A stretch of 64,000 bases of DNA. Origin: Escherichia coli. Its GTDB lineage: Bacteria; Pseudomonadota; Gammaproteobacteria; Enterobacterales; Enterobacteriaceae. The first letter of the stretch is position 1, and each line of letters begins with the position of its first letter. The translations under genes were made by a program, and so were the position numbers. This document shows positions 37,176-48,189 of the stretch, piece by piece. The notes under the pieces were generated by a model, which ran no database searches, was not told the origin of the DNA, and saw only the letters and a list, made by a program, of their open reading frames with translations. Location of the stretch: NCBI RefSeq assembly GCF_044324875.1, contig NZ_CP172185.1, one strand, 5' to 3'.

Positions 37176-38366
37176 ATGAGTGTACGTTTAGTGTTAGCCA
37201 AAGGGCGCGAAAAATCATTACTTCGTCGCCATCCGTGGATCTTTTCCGGGGCCGTTGCCCGCATGGAAGGTAAAGCCAGCCTCGGGGAAACCATCAATAT
37301 TGTTGATCATCAGGGAAAATGGTTAGCACGCGGCGCTTATTCGCCAGCTTCGCAAATCCGGGCGCGCGTCTGGACGTTTGACCCGAATGAATCTATCGAC
37401 ATTGCTTTTTTTACCCGCCGTTTGCAACAAGCGCAAAAATGGCGTGACTGGCTGGCGCAAAAAGATGGCCTCGACAGCTATCGTTTAATCGCCGGAGAAT
37501 CTGATGGCCTGCCGGGTATTACTATCGATCGTTTCGGTAATTTTCTGGTGCTGCAACTACTGAGTGCTGGCGCAGAGTATCAGCGCGCGGCATTAATTAG
37601 CGCCCTGCAAACGCTGTACCCGGAATGTGCGATTTACGATCGCAGCGATGTTGCGGTACGTAAAAAAGAAGGGATGGAGCTGACCCAGGGCCCCGTCACC
37701 GGCGAGTTGCCGCCTGCCCTGCTGCCGATTGAAGAACACGGCATGAAGCTGCTGGTGGATATTCAGCACGGACACAAAACGGGCTACTACCTGGATCAGC
37801 GTGATAGCCGCCTGGCTACCCGCCGCTACGTTGAAAATAAACGCGTACTGAACTGTTTCTCCTATACCGGTGGTTTCGCCGTATCGGCACTGATGGGCGG
37901 TTGCAGCCAGGTTGTCAGCGTTGATACCTCCTAGGAAGCCCTGGATATTGCACGGCAGAACGTTGAGCTGAACAAACTGGATCTGAGCAAGGCTGAGTTT
38001 GTCCGTGATGATGTCTTTAAATTGCTGCGTACCTATCGCGATCGCGGTGAAAAATTTGACGTTATCGTGATGGACCCGCCGAAGTTTGTTGAGAATAAAA
38101 GCCAGTTGATGGGCGCGTGTCGTGGCTATAAAGATATCAACATGCTGGCGATTCAGTTGCTGAATGAAGGCGGTATTCTCCTGACTTTCTCCTGTTCTGG
38201 CCTGATGACCAGCGATTTATTTCAGAAAATCATCGCAGATGCCGCAATTGATGCCGGTCGTGATGTACAATTTATAGAGCAGTTCCGTCAGGCAGCCGAT
38301 CATCCGGTGATCGCTACCTATCCGGAAGGGCTATATCTGAAAGGGTTTGCCTGTCGCGTCATGTAA
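37176..38366 (+). pseudogene. rlmI: rlmI (23S rRNA m5C1962 methyltransferase) interrupted by an in-frame amber codon at 37932..37934
   Basis: ORFs 37176..37934 and 38022..38366 are in the same frame and together span exactly the 396-codon length of RlmI; the only break is TAG at 37932..37934 in the context [18 protein letters not shown]. Confidence 0.85.
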
Positions 38367-38741
<375 letters not shown>

Positions 38742-38754
38742 TCCCTGAACAAAT

Positions 38755-38788
38755 CCCCGGAAGGTTTTTGCCTTCCGGGGATTTTTTA
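38755..38788. terminator. Bidirectional terminator between hspQ and yccU
   Basis: ccccggaaggtttttgccttccgggg hairpin followed by attttttatt. Confidence 0.65.
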
Positions 38789-39199
38789 TTTGGCCAGGCC
38801 CAGGCGAGGGATCTCAATAGCCGGGCAGCGATCCATCACTACATTTAACCCGGCATCCCGTGCCAGTACTGCCGCTTGCTCATTAATCACCCCCAGTTGC
38901 ATCCAGAGGGTTTTCGCACCGATGGCGATCGCTTCCTGCGCTACGCCCCACGCCGCTTCTGAATTCCGGAAAACATCGACCATATCGACTTTTTCAGGAA
39001 CTTCTGCCAGCGTGCCATACCCCTGCTGGCCCAGCAGTGTTTTGCCGGCAACTTTTGGCGAAACCGGAATGACGTGATACCCCTGGTCGAGTAGATATTT
39101 CATCACACGATAGCTGGGACGATCGGGTTTGTCGCTTGCCCCCACCAGCGCAATGGTGTGAGTGGACGTTAAAATGCCTGCAATATCGGTTTCTTTCAT
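38786..39199 (-). CDS. yccU: CoA-binding protein YccU
   Basis: 137 aa from [36 protein letters not shown]... Confidence 0.85.
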   Translation of the reverse strand: MKETDIAGILTSTHTIALVGASDKPDRPSYRVMKYLLDQGYHVIPVSPKVAGKTLLGQQGYGTLAEVPEKVDMVDVFRNSEAAWGVAQEAIAIGAKTLWMQLGVINEQAAVLARDAGLNVVMDRCPAIEIPRLGLAK

Positions 39200-39371
39200 T
39201 ATTTCCTCCAGACTGTTTAACAAAGTGTACGACAAAGCCGACATGCCAACCATGCAGCTAATACGAATGAATGAGAGCAAAAGCGGGAAATATGTCTATA
39301 TGTTAGTAAGTATGATTAAAGAAAAATTTTGACACATTATTATTCGGGCGGTCTTTTGACAGGAGCTACCT

Positions 39372-40034
39372 ATGAAAACCGGCATCGTGACCACCTTGAT
39401 TGCATTATGTTTGCCGGTATCCGTTTTTGCCACCACGCTGCGGCTTTCAACCGATGTCGATCTTCTGGTACTCGACGGCAAGAAGGTTTCCAGCTCTCTG
39501 CTGCGCGGTGCGGACAGCATTGAACTGGATAACGGACCGCATCAGTTAGTGTTTCGCGTTGAGAAGACGATTCATCTTTCCAATAGTGAAGAACGGCTGT
39601 ATATCTCCCCACCGCTGGTGGTCAGTTTTAATACCCAGCTCATCAACCAGGTCAATTTTCGCCTGCCTCGCCTGGAGAATGAGCGGGAAGCTAACCATTT
39701 TGATGCCGCGCCGCGCCTTGAATTGTTGGATGGCGATGCGACGCCGATTCCGGTAAAGCTGGATATTCTCGCCATTACCTCAACGGCAAAAACGATTGAT
39801 TATGAGGTCGAGGTTGAACGCTATAACAAATCCGCGAAACGCGCTTCACTACCGCAATTTGCCACGATGATGGCAGATGACAGTACGCTGCTTTCGGGTG
39901 TTTCCGAGCTGGATGCTATTCCACCGCAGTCTCAGGTGCTCACAGAACAACGGCTGAAGTATTGGTTTAAACTGGCTGACCCACAAACGCGAAATACTTT
40001 TCTGCAATGGGCGGAAAAACAACCATCTTCCTGA
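39372..40034 (+). CDS. yccT: Periplasmic protein YccT (UPF0319)
   Basis: 220 aa with signal peptide [20 protein letters not shown]. Confidence 0.85.
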
Positions 40035-40130
40035 GATTTTTGTGCCTGTGCGCAGGCTTTTTCGGTCTTTATCTTGCAGCGATAAGTGCTTACAGTAATC
40101 TGTAGGAAAGTTAACTACGGATGTAACATT

Positions 40131-40589
40131 ATGGAACTGACGACACGCACTTTACCTGCGCGGAAACATATTGCGCTGGTGGCACACGATCACTGCAAAC
40201 AAATGCTGATGAGCTGGGTGGAACGACATCAACCGTTACTGGAACAACACGTACTGTATGCAACAGGCACTACCGGTAACTTGATTTCCCGTGCAATCGG
40301 CATGAACGTCAACGCGATGTTGAGTGGCCCAATGGGGGGTGACCAGCAGGTTGGCGCATTGATCTCAGAAGGGAAAATTGATGTATTGATTTTCTTCTGG
40401 GACCCACTAAATGCCGTTCCGCACGATCCTGACGTGAAAGCCTTGCTGCGTCTGGCGACGGTATGGAACATTCCGGTCGCCACCAACGTGGCAACGGCAG
40501 ACTTCATTATCCAGTCGCCGCATTTCAACGACGCGGTCGATATTCTGATCCCCGATTATCAGCGTTATCTCGCGGACCGTCTGAAGTAA
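40131..40589 (+). CDS. mgsA: Methylglyoxal synthase
   Basis: 152 aa [49 protein letters not shown]... Confidence 0.95.
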   Translation: MELTTRTLPARKHIALVAHDHCKQMLMSWVERHQPLLEQHVLYATGTTGNLISRAIGMNVNAMLSGPMGGDQQVGALISEGKIDVLIFFWDPLNAVPHDPDVKALLRLATVWNIPVATNVATADFIIQSPHFNDAVDILIPDYQRYLADRLK

Positions 40590-40596
40590 TATTGCA

Positions 40597-40622
40597 CAGG
40601 TGGCAAACGCCACCTGTTTCTT
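40597..40622. terminator. Hairpin between mgsA and helD
   Basis: caggtggcaaacgccacctg followed by tttcttacgg. Confidence 0.55.
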
Positions 40623-42675
40623 ACGGTTTTCTCGCCACCGGCACATCCAGATTTTTCAGTATTTCGACAAATGGAGAGGGATTCTCTTTGTTAAACAGTG
40701 CCCATACCCGATGGCGTGCCCGGGTCAGCGCCACGTACATTAACCGCCGTTCTTCAGCGTCCGGGAAATCCTCAACCGGTGGCAGTAGCGCCTCTTCCAT
40801 AATCGACTCCCGCGCCGCAGCCGGAAAACCATCACTCCCCTCCTGCAAGCCAACGATGATGACGTAATCCGCCTGTTGCCCTTTGCTGGCATGAATGGTC
40901 ATAAAGTCGATTTGCAACTTCGGCCAGCGTGTTGCCGCTTTTTCCAGGCTGGCAGGCCTCATGTGATGGTAACGCGCCAGGATCAGAATGCGCTCTTCCG
41001 GTTTGGCATAACCAGAGAGCTTATCCAGCAAAGCGTCAAGATGGCTCTCATCCAATAACGTGACGGCTTTTTTGTCTCCATTGGTTAAGCTGTTTAGCGG
41101 CTTTTTCAGCTGGCCTGGGTTCTGCTGAATAAACCGGTTTGCCACCTCACCGATACGACTGTTAAAACGGTAAGTCGTGTCTAAATCACAGCGATCGCCT
41201 TCTCCAAAGTTTTCATGGAAAGCGGTGGTGAGCGACATTTGCGCACCGCTGAAACGGTAAATCGCCTGCCAGTCATCACCAACAGCGAACAACGTCGTTT
41301 GACTGTTTTGCTTGCGCAATGCCGCTAACAACGCTGCACGCTGCGGCGAGATATCCTGAAATTCATCAACCAGAATATGCTTCCACGGGCTGATAAAGCG
41401 ACCTTTCTCCAGAATCACAATCGCCTGGTGAATAAGGCCCGAAAAATCGACAGCGTTTTCTGCCTTCAGCGCACCTTTCCAGGCTTTTAATAACGGGGCC
41501 ATCAACTTGATACGTTTACTGAACAGATCGCGAATCTCTTCGGGTGCACTGGCAATCATTTCTGCCTGTGCGCCACCGTGCATCCGCATCAGACTTACCC
41601 AACGATCGAGGCGTGAGGCAAGACGACGCTGTAATTTTTCATCATCCCAGAAGTTACCTTCTGGCACTGACCACTGCATTTCTTCCGTCAGCCATTGCCG
41701 CCAGCCCTTCGCCTGCGCTTTCTTTTCGCTGCATTGCTTGCGCCACTCAGCAATAAAGAGTTCATGACGGGCAGCGGTATCATTTTCCAGTTTGCTGACT
41801 ATCGGAACTTTTTTGCTGCCCTGCTGAATAATATGCAGCGCCAGCGCATGAAACGTGCGTGCGGTAATGTCTTCGGTATGTAGCCGTTCGCGAATACGCT
41901 CGTCCATCTCTTCAGCGGCTTTGCGACCAAACGCCAGCAATAAAATTTGCTCAGGGGACGCTTCACCACGCGCCAGCAACCAGCCTGCACGGGCCACCAG
42001 CACCGACGTTTTTCCGCTTCCTGCACCAGCCAGCACTAACAAAGAATGCTCGCCATTAACGACTGCCCGGGCCTGCGCCGGATTCAGCGGTGAAGACTCG
42101 ACCTGGCGGAAAAAATCCGCATACTCGGTAAGCATGGCTTCGGTATACGCCTGATTATGCTGCAACCGAGCGCTTTCAATATCTTTCAACCAGGCCTGAC
42201 ATTTACGCCACGCCTCACGGCAGTTATCGAATTCTTCCAGTCGGTTAACCGGCAACGGCAACGCCGACAAAGCCTGGCGGATTTGTTGCTGAACGCCAGA
42301 GGTTTGCTCACGCGTCAGCCATTTATTTTCTCCAGTGCGCGTGGCAATCAAATCCAGTTGCTGGCGTAAAACACCAGACGCAATTTCGCTCATCTCGCCA
42401 CTCCACCGCCGCCAGTGAGCATCAAGATGATGGTAAAAACGCTGCGTCTCGCCCCATTCGGTACCGTGCAGACGCACCACTTTTTCGCCCGGCAGTACAA
42501 ATTCCAGCTCGCCCCATACCAGACCGCGCTTACAGTGAATCGCCAGTAATTGATTGAAAGGAATAAGGTATTCGTGGCGATCGCCGGAGACTTTAATCCC
42601 GGCATTGAGGATCACCGCCCGATCGTAAGGGTGCTGTGCCAGACGTTTTCCAAGCGATGTCGCTTTCAGTTCCAT
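40621..42675 (-). CDS. helD: DNA helicase IV HelD (UvrD/Rep superfamily I)
   Basis: 684 aa from MELKATSLGKRLAQHPYDRAVILNAG...; Walker A motif GAGSGKTSVLVARAGWLL. Confidence 0.95.
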   Translation of the reverse strand: MELKATSLGKRLAQHPYDRAVILNAGIKVSGDRHEYLIPFNQLLAIHCKRGLVWGELEFVLPGEKVVRLHGTEWGETQRFYHHLDAHWRRWSGEMSEIASGVLRQQLDLIATRTGENKWLTREQTSGVQQQIRQALSALPLPVNRLEEFDNCREAWRKCQAWLKDIESARLQHNQAYTEAMLTEYADFFRQVESSPLNPAQARAVVNGEHSLLVLAGAGSGKTSVLVARAGWLLARGEASPEQILLLAFGRKAAEEMDERIRERLHTEDITARTFHALALHIIQQGSKKVPIVSKLENDTAARHELFIAEWRKQCSEKKAQAKGWRQWLTEEMQWSVPEGNFWDDEKLQRRLASRLDRWVSLMRMHGGAQAEMIASAPEEIRDLFSKRIKLMAPLLKAWKGALKAENAVDFSGLIHQAIVILEKGRFISPWKHILVDEFQDISPQRAALLAALRKQNSQTTLFAVGDDWQAIYRFSGAQMSLTTAFHENFGEGDRCDLDTTYRFNSRIGEVANRFIQQNPGQLKKPLNSLTNGDKKAVTLLDESHLDALLDKLSGYAKPEERILILARYHHMRPASLEKAATRWPKLQIDFMTIHASKGQQADYVIIVGLQEGSDGFPAAARESIMEEALLPPVEDFPDAEERRLMYVALTRARHRVWALFNKENPSPFVEILKNLDVPVARKP

Positions 42676-42797
42676 GACTCTGTAGATCCACACGAAATGA
42701 TTTCTTATCAGTGTAACCGTCAGAGAAAACGTGCTCCAGCCCAAAAAAACGTTACAATTGCCGCCCATTACTGAAAACCACAGTAAAGCGAGGTTTT

Positions 42798-43244
42798 ATG
42801 CGTACCGTTTTGAACATTCTGAACTTTGTGCTTGGCGGATTTGCCACCACTCTGGGCTGGCTGTTGGCGACTCTGGTCAGTATTGTGCTGATTTTTACCT
42901 TACCGCTGACACGATCCTGCTGGGAGATCACTAAACTGTCTCTGGTGCCTTATGGCAATGAAGCTATTCATGTCGATGAACTGAACCCGGCTGGCAAAAA
43001 TGTGCTGCTAAATACTGGCGGTACGGTATTGAATATTTTCTGGCTGATTTTCTTTGGCTGGTGGTTATGCCTGATGCACATTGCAACGGGCATCGCACAA
43101 TGTATTTCCATCATTGGCATTCCTGTCGGCATTGCGAACTTTAAAATTGCCGCTATTGCACTATGGCCGGTCGGTCGTCGCGTGGTATCGGTAGAAACAG
43201 CGCAAGCTGCGCGTGAAGCCAATGCACGTCGTCGTTTTGAATAA
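42798..43244 (+). CDS. yccF: Inner membrane protein YccF
   Basis: 148 aa hydrophobic protein. Confidence 0.85.
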   Translation: MRTVLNILNFVLGGFATTLGWLLATLVSIVLIFTLPLTRSCWEITKLSLVPYGNEAIHVDELNPAGKNVLLNTGGTVLNIFWLIFFGWWLCLMHIATGIAQCISIIGIPVGIANFKIAAIALWPVGRRVVSVETAQAAREANARRRFE

Positions 43245-43262
43245 TCCACTAATATGGCCTTT

Positions 43263-45416
43263 ATGCTAAGTCCTTTGCTCAAACGCTATACCTGGAACAG
43301 CGCCTGGCTGTATTACGCGCGTATTTTTATTGCGCTTTGTGGAACCACAGCGTTTCCGTGGTGGCTGGGTGATGTAAAACTGACGATTCCGCTGACGCTG
43401 GGGATGGTGGCAGCGGCGCTGACCGATCTCGATGACCGGCTGGCGGGACGTTTGCGTAACCTCATCATTACGCTGTTCTGCTTTTTTATCGCCTCGGCCT
43501 CAGTAGAATTGCTGTTTCCCTGGCCCTGGCTATTTGCAATTGGTTTAACGCTCTCTACCAGCGGCTTCATTTTGCTCGGCGGTCTGGGTCAACGCTATGC
43601 AACAATTGCCTTCGGTGCGTTACTGATCGCCATTTACACTATGTTGGGGACGTCACTGTATGAGCACTGGTATCAGCAGCCGATGTATCTGCTGGCCGGT
43701 GCCGTCTGGTACAACGTCCTGACACTTATTGGTCATCTACTGTTCCCGGTCCGCCCGCTGCAGGACAACCTGGCGCGTTGCTATGAACAACTGGCGCGTT
43801 ACCTTGAGCTCAAGTCGCGCATGTTTGATCCTGATATTGAAGATGAAAGCCAGGCACCGCTGTACGATTTGGCTCTCGCCAACGGTCAGCTGATGGCGAC
43901 ATTGAATCAGACGAAACTCTCGCTGCTGACCCGCTTACGTGGCGATCGTGGTCAACGGGGAACGCGTCGCACGCTGCATTATTACTTCGTCGCGCAGGAT
44001 ATTCACGAGCGTGCCAGCTCTTCTCATATTCAGTATCAAACATTGCGTGAACATTTTCGCCACAGCGACGTGCTGTTCCGTTTTCAGCGGCTGATGTCGA
44101 TGCAGGGCCAGGCGTGCCAGCAACTGTCACGCTGTATTTTGTTGCGTCAGCCTTATCAACATGATCCGCATTTCGAGCGCGCTTTTACGCATATTGATGC
44201 TGCGCTGGAGCGGATGCGCGATAACGGCGCACCTGCCGATTTACTCAAAACACTGGGATTTTTGCTGAACAATTTACGCGCCATTGATGCCCAACTGGCA
44301 ACAATTGAATCAGAACAGGCCCAGGCACTGCCCCATAATAATGACGAAAATGAGCTCGCTGATGACAGCCCGCACGGATTGAGTGATATCTGGCTGCGTC
44401 TTAGCCGTCACTTCACGCCGGAATCCGCCCTCTTCCGTCATGCGGTAAGAATGTCGCTGGTGTTGTGCTTCGGCTACGCCATCATTCAGATAACCGGAAT
44501 GCATCACGGGTATTGGATCTTGCTGACAAGTTTGTTTGTCTGCCAGCCAAACTATAACGCCACGCGCCACCGCCTGAAGTTAAGGATTATTGGTACGCTG
44601 GTAGGTATCGCCATTGGGATTCCTGTGCTGTGGTTTGTACCGTCACTGGAAGGGCAACTTGTGCTACTGGTTATTACCGGCGTGCTCTTTTTTGCCTTCC
44701 GTAATGTGCAATACGCCCATGCAACGATGTTCATCACACTTTTGGTGCTACTGTGTTTTAACTTGCTGGGTGAAGGTTTTGAAGTGGCGTTACCTCGCGT
44801 AATCGATACGCTGATTGGTTGTGCCATTGCGTGGGCGGCAGTGAGCTACATCTGGCCTGACTGGAAGTTTCGCAATCTGCCGCGCATGCTCGAACGTGCC
44901 ACCGAGGCCAACTGTCGCTATCTCGATGCCATACTGGAGCAATACCATCAGGGGCGTGATAACCGTCTGGGGTATCGTATTGCCCGCCGCGATGCACACA
45001 ACCGTGATGCTGAACTGGCGTCGGTGGTATCAAATATGTCCAGCGAGCCGAACGTTACCCCGCAAATTCGCGAGGCCGCGTTTCGGTTGCTGTGCCTTAA
45101 CCATACGTTTACCAGCTATATCTCAGCCCTCGGTGCTCACCGGGAGCAGTTAACTAATCCTGAAATTCTGGCGTTTCTTGATGACGCAGTTTGCTATGTT
45201 GATGACGCGCTACATCATCAACCTGCTGATGAAGAACGCGTCAATCAGGCATTAGCTGGCCTGAAACAGCGAATGCAGCAACTTGAACCGCGGGCAGACA
45301 GCAAAGAACCTCTGGTCGTACAACAAGTCGGGTTATTGATTGCATTACTGCCAGAGATTGGTCGTCTGCAACGCCAGATTACTCAAGTTCCGCAGGAAAC
45401 TCCTGTTTCGGCGTAA
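43263..45416 (+). CDS. yccS: Inner membrane protein YccS (FUSC-like)
   Basis: 717 aa polytopic membrane protein. Confidence 0.85.
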   Translation: MLSPLLKRYTWNSAWLYYARIFIALCGTTAFPWWLGDVKLTIPLTLGMVAAALTDLDDRLAGRLRNLIITLFCFFIASASVELLFPWPWLFAIGLTLSTSGFILLGGLGQRYATIAFGALLIAIYTMLGTSLYEHWYQQPMYLLAGAVWYNVLTLIGHLLFPVRPLQDNLARCYEQLARYLELKSRMFDPDIEDESQAPLYDLALANGQLMATLNQTKLSLLTRLRGDRGQRGTRRTLHYYFVAQDIHERASSSHIQYQTLREHFRHSDVLFRFQRLMSMQGQACQQLSRCILLRQPYQHDPHFERAFTHIDAALERMRDNGAPADLLKTLGFLLNNLRAIDAQLATIESEQAQALPHNNDENELADDSPHGLSDIWLRLSRHFTPESALFRHAVRMSLVLCFGYAIIQITGMHHGYWILLTSLFVCQPNYNATRHRLKLRIIGTLVGIAIGIPVLWFVPSLEGQLVLLVITGVLFFAFRNVQYAHATMFITLLVLLCFNLLGEGFEVALPRVIDTLIGCAIAWAAVSYIWPDWKFRNLPRMLERATEANCRYLDAILEQYHQGRDNRLGYRIARRDAHNRDAELASVVSNMSSEPNVTPQIREAAFRLLCLNHTFTSYISALGAHREQLTNPEILAFLDDAVCYVDDALHHQPADEERVNQALAGLKQRMQQLEPRADSKEPLVVQQVGLLIALLPEIGRLQRQITQVPQETPVSA

Positions 45417-46008
45417 GAGAGTCAGCCCATTCTGCAAGCTCCTGGCGGCGTGCCACCGGGAGCGCAGCTTCATGAATGCCGATAATGGCCCCTTCAAGCA
45501 TAAACAGAATCTTTTCTGTCACCAGACTGTTTTGCTGCCGCAGTCGCAACCAACACATTTTTGCCCCAAGTATACGTAACGCCCGTACATCCTTAATCCC
45601 CACCTCCCCGAGAATCGCTTCCAGATGAAAAGACATATTGGGCAAATCTTTCAGTCTTTCCCGGGTATTGCGCGTGCTTTTCTCTTTCAGCGCTGCATCG
45701 AGAGAATATTTCGACAGACGCACCAGCTTCAGTTGATTTCGCCATAGACTTTCATCAACCCGATAGTAATTGAGGGTAACGGATCGGCCACACTTTTTAT
45801 ATGTCAGCCAAACAGGCGGATGTTTTACACAGTACTGTGCACTTTGCTCACAAGCCCGAAGATACAACTCACCATCAGAAACCATCGCAAACACCGTGTC
45901 GTCAACGGTCAGGCTGTAACTACCAAACAATGATCGGTATTCAATTGTGCCCAACGTTGCCAGGTATTCTTGTGATTTATAGATCCGCTTATAGGAGAGG
46001 CTTTTCAT
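45379..46008 (-). CDS. sxy: Competence regulator Sxy/TfoX
   Basis: 209 aa MKSLSYKRIYKSQEYLATLGTIEYRSLFGSYSLTVDDTVFAMVSDGELYLRA...; 3' end overlaps yccS convergently. Confidence 0.9.
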   Translation of the reverse strand: MKSLSYKRIYKSQEYLATLGTIEYRSLFGSYSLTVDDTVFAMVSDGELYLRACEQSAQYCVKHPPVWLTYKKCGRSVTLNYYRVDESLWRNQLKLVRLSKYSLDAALKEKSTRNTRERLKDLPNMSFHLEAILGEVGIKDVRALRILGAKMCWLRLRQQNSLVTEKILFMLEGAIIGIHEAALPVARRQELAEWADSLTPKQEFPAELE

Positions 46009-46184
46009 AAAATTCCTTTTAAAATCATAACATGAAAGAATGATTCACATTAACGGATCCGTTAACTACGAAAATAGGCAACTTATTCTTAAGGGGCAAG
46101 ATTAATTTATGTTTTCCCGTCACCAACGACAAAATTTGCGAGGCTCTTTCCGAAAATAGAGTTGATCTTTGTCGTCACTGGATG

Positions 46185-46204
46185 TACTGTACATTCATAC
46201 AGTA
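46185..46204 (+). promoter_or_regulatory. LexA (SOS) box in the sulA promoter
   Basis: TACTGTACATTCATACAGTA matches the CTGT-N8-ACAG consensus about 20 bp upstream of sulA. Confidence 0.9.
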
Positions 46205-46226
46205 ACTCACAGGGGCTGGATTGATT

Positions 46227-46736
46227 ATGTACACTTCAGGCTATGCACATCGTTCTTCGTCGTTCTCATCCGCAGCAAGTAAAATTGCGCGTGTCTCTAC
46301 GGAAAACACTACAGCCGGGCTTATCAGTGAAGTTGTCTATCGCGAAGATCAGCCCATGATGACGCAACTTCTACTGTTGCCATTGTTACAGCAACTCGGT
46401 CAGCAATCGCGCTGGCAACTTTGGTTAACACCGCAACAAAAACTGAGTCGCGAATGGGTTCAGGCATCTGGGCTACCCTTAACGAAAGTAATGCAGATTA
46501 GCCAGCTCTCCCCTTGCCACACCGTGGAGTCAATGGTTCGCGCTTTACGCACGGGCAATTACAGCGTGGTGATCGGTTGGTTGGCAGATGATTTGACTGA
46601 AGAAGAGCATGCTGAACTTGTTGATGCGGCAAATGAAGGTAACGCTATGGGGTTTATTATGCGTCCGGTAAGTGCATCCTCTCACGCCACGAGACAACTT
46701 TCCGGGCTAAAAATTCACTCTAATTTGTATCATTAA
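46227..46736 (+). CDS. sulA: SOS cell-division inhibitor SulA
   Basis: 169 aa [58 protein letters not shown]... Confidence 0.95.
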
Positions 46737-47092
46737 GTAAATTTAGGATTAATCCTGGAACTTTTTTTGTCGCCCAGCCAATGCTTTCAGTCGTGACTAA
46801 TTTTCCTTGCGGAGGCTTGTCTGAAGCGGTTTCCGCGATTTTCTTCTGTAAATTGTCGCTGACAAAAAAGATTAAACGTACCTTATACAAGACTTTTTTT
46901 TCATATGCCTGACGGAGTTCACACTTGTAAGTTTTCAACTACGTTGTAGACTTTACATCGCCAGGGGTGCTCGGCATAAGCCGAAGATATCGGTAGAGTT
47001 AATATTGAGCAGATCCCCCGGTGAAGGATTTAACCGTGTTATCTCGTTGGAGATATTCATGGCGTATTTTGGATGATAACGAGGCGCAAAAA

Positions 47093-48145
47093 ATGAAAAA
47101 GACAGCTATCGCGATTGCAGTGGCACTGGCTGGTTTCGCTACCGTAGCGCAGGCCGCTCCGAAAGATAACACCTGGTACACTGGTGCTAAACTGGGCTGG
47201 TCCCAGTACCATGACACTGGTTTTATTCCTAACAATGGTCCGACCCACGAAAACCAACTGGGTGCAGGTGCTTTTGGTGGTTACCAGGTTAACCCGTATG
47301 TTGGCTTTGAAATGGGTTACGACTGGTTAGGTCGTATGCCGTACAAAGGCGACAACATCAACGGCGCATACAAAGCTCAGGGCGTTCAGCTGACCGCTAA
47401 ACTGGGTTACCCAATCACTGACGATCTGGACATCTACACTCGTCTGGGTGGTATGGTATGGCGTGCAGACACCAAGGCTAACGTACCTGGTGGCGCATCT
47501 TTTAAAGACCACGACACCGGCGTTTCTCCGGTTTTCGCTGGCGGTGTTGAGTACGCGATCACTCCTGAAATCGCTACCCGTCTGGAATACCAGTGGACCA
47601 ACAACATCGGTGACGCACACACCATCGGTACTCGTCCGGACAACGGCATGCTGAGCCTGGGTGTTTCCTACCGTTTCGGTCAGGGCGAAGCAGCTCCAGT
47701 AGTTGCTCCGGCTCCAGCTCCGGCACCGGAAGTACAGACCAAGCACTTCACTCTGAAGTCTGACGTTCTGTTCACCTTCAACAAAGCAACCCTGAAACCA
47801 GAAGGTCAGGCTGCTCTGGATCAGCTGTACAGCCAGCTGAGCAACCTGGATCCGAAAGACGGTTCCGTAGTTGTTCTGGGTTACACTGACCGCATCGGTT
47901 CTGACGCTTACAACCAGGGTCTGTCCGAGCGCCGTGCTCAGTCTGTTGTTGATTACCTGATCTCCAAAGGTATCCCGGCAGACAAGATCTCCGCACGTGG
48001 TATGGGCGAATCCAACCCGGTTACTGGCAACACCTGTGACAACGTGAAACAGCGTGCTGCACTGATCGACTGCCTGGCTCCGGATCGTCGCGTAGAGATC
48101 GAAGTTAAAGGCATCAAAGACGTTGTAACTCAGCCGCAGGCTTAA
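47093..48145 (+). CDS. ompA: Outer membrane protein A (non-K-12 loop allele)
   Basis: Signal peptide [21 protein letters not shown], beta-barrel, APAPAPAP hinge and C-terminal OmpA domain; about 350 aa. Confidence 0.95.
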   Translation: MKKTAIAIAVALAGFATVAQAAPKDNTWYTGAKLGWSQYHDTGFIPNNGPTHENQLGAGAFGGYQVNPYVGFEMGYDWLGRMPYKGDNINGAYKAQGVQLTAKLGYPITDDLDIYTRLGGMVWRADTKANVPGGASFKDHDTGVSPVFAGGVEYAITPEIATRLEYQWTNNIGDAHTIGTRPDNGMLSLGVSYRFGQGEAAPVVAPAPAPAPEVQTKHFTLKSDVLFTFNKATLKPEGQAALDQLYSQLSNLDPKDGSVVVLGYTDRIGSDAYNQGLSERRAQSVVDYLISKGIPADKISARGMGESNPVTGNTCDNVKQRAALIDCLAPDRRVEIEVKGIKDVVTQPQA

Positions 48146-48159
48146 GTTCTCGTCTGGTA

Positions 48160-48189
48160 AAAAACCCCGCTGCTGCGGGGTTTTTTTTG
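48160..48189 (+). terminator. ompA rho-independent terminator
   Basis: aaaaaccccgctgctgcggggtttttttt. Confidence 0.85.

Noticed and set aside
47021-47092. Upstream extension of the ompA ORF ([10 protein letters not shown]...)
   Set aside because: The signal peptide begins at [10 protein letters not shown] (47093); the upstream in-frame Met lies in the known long ompA 5' UTR.
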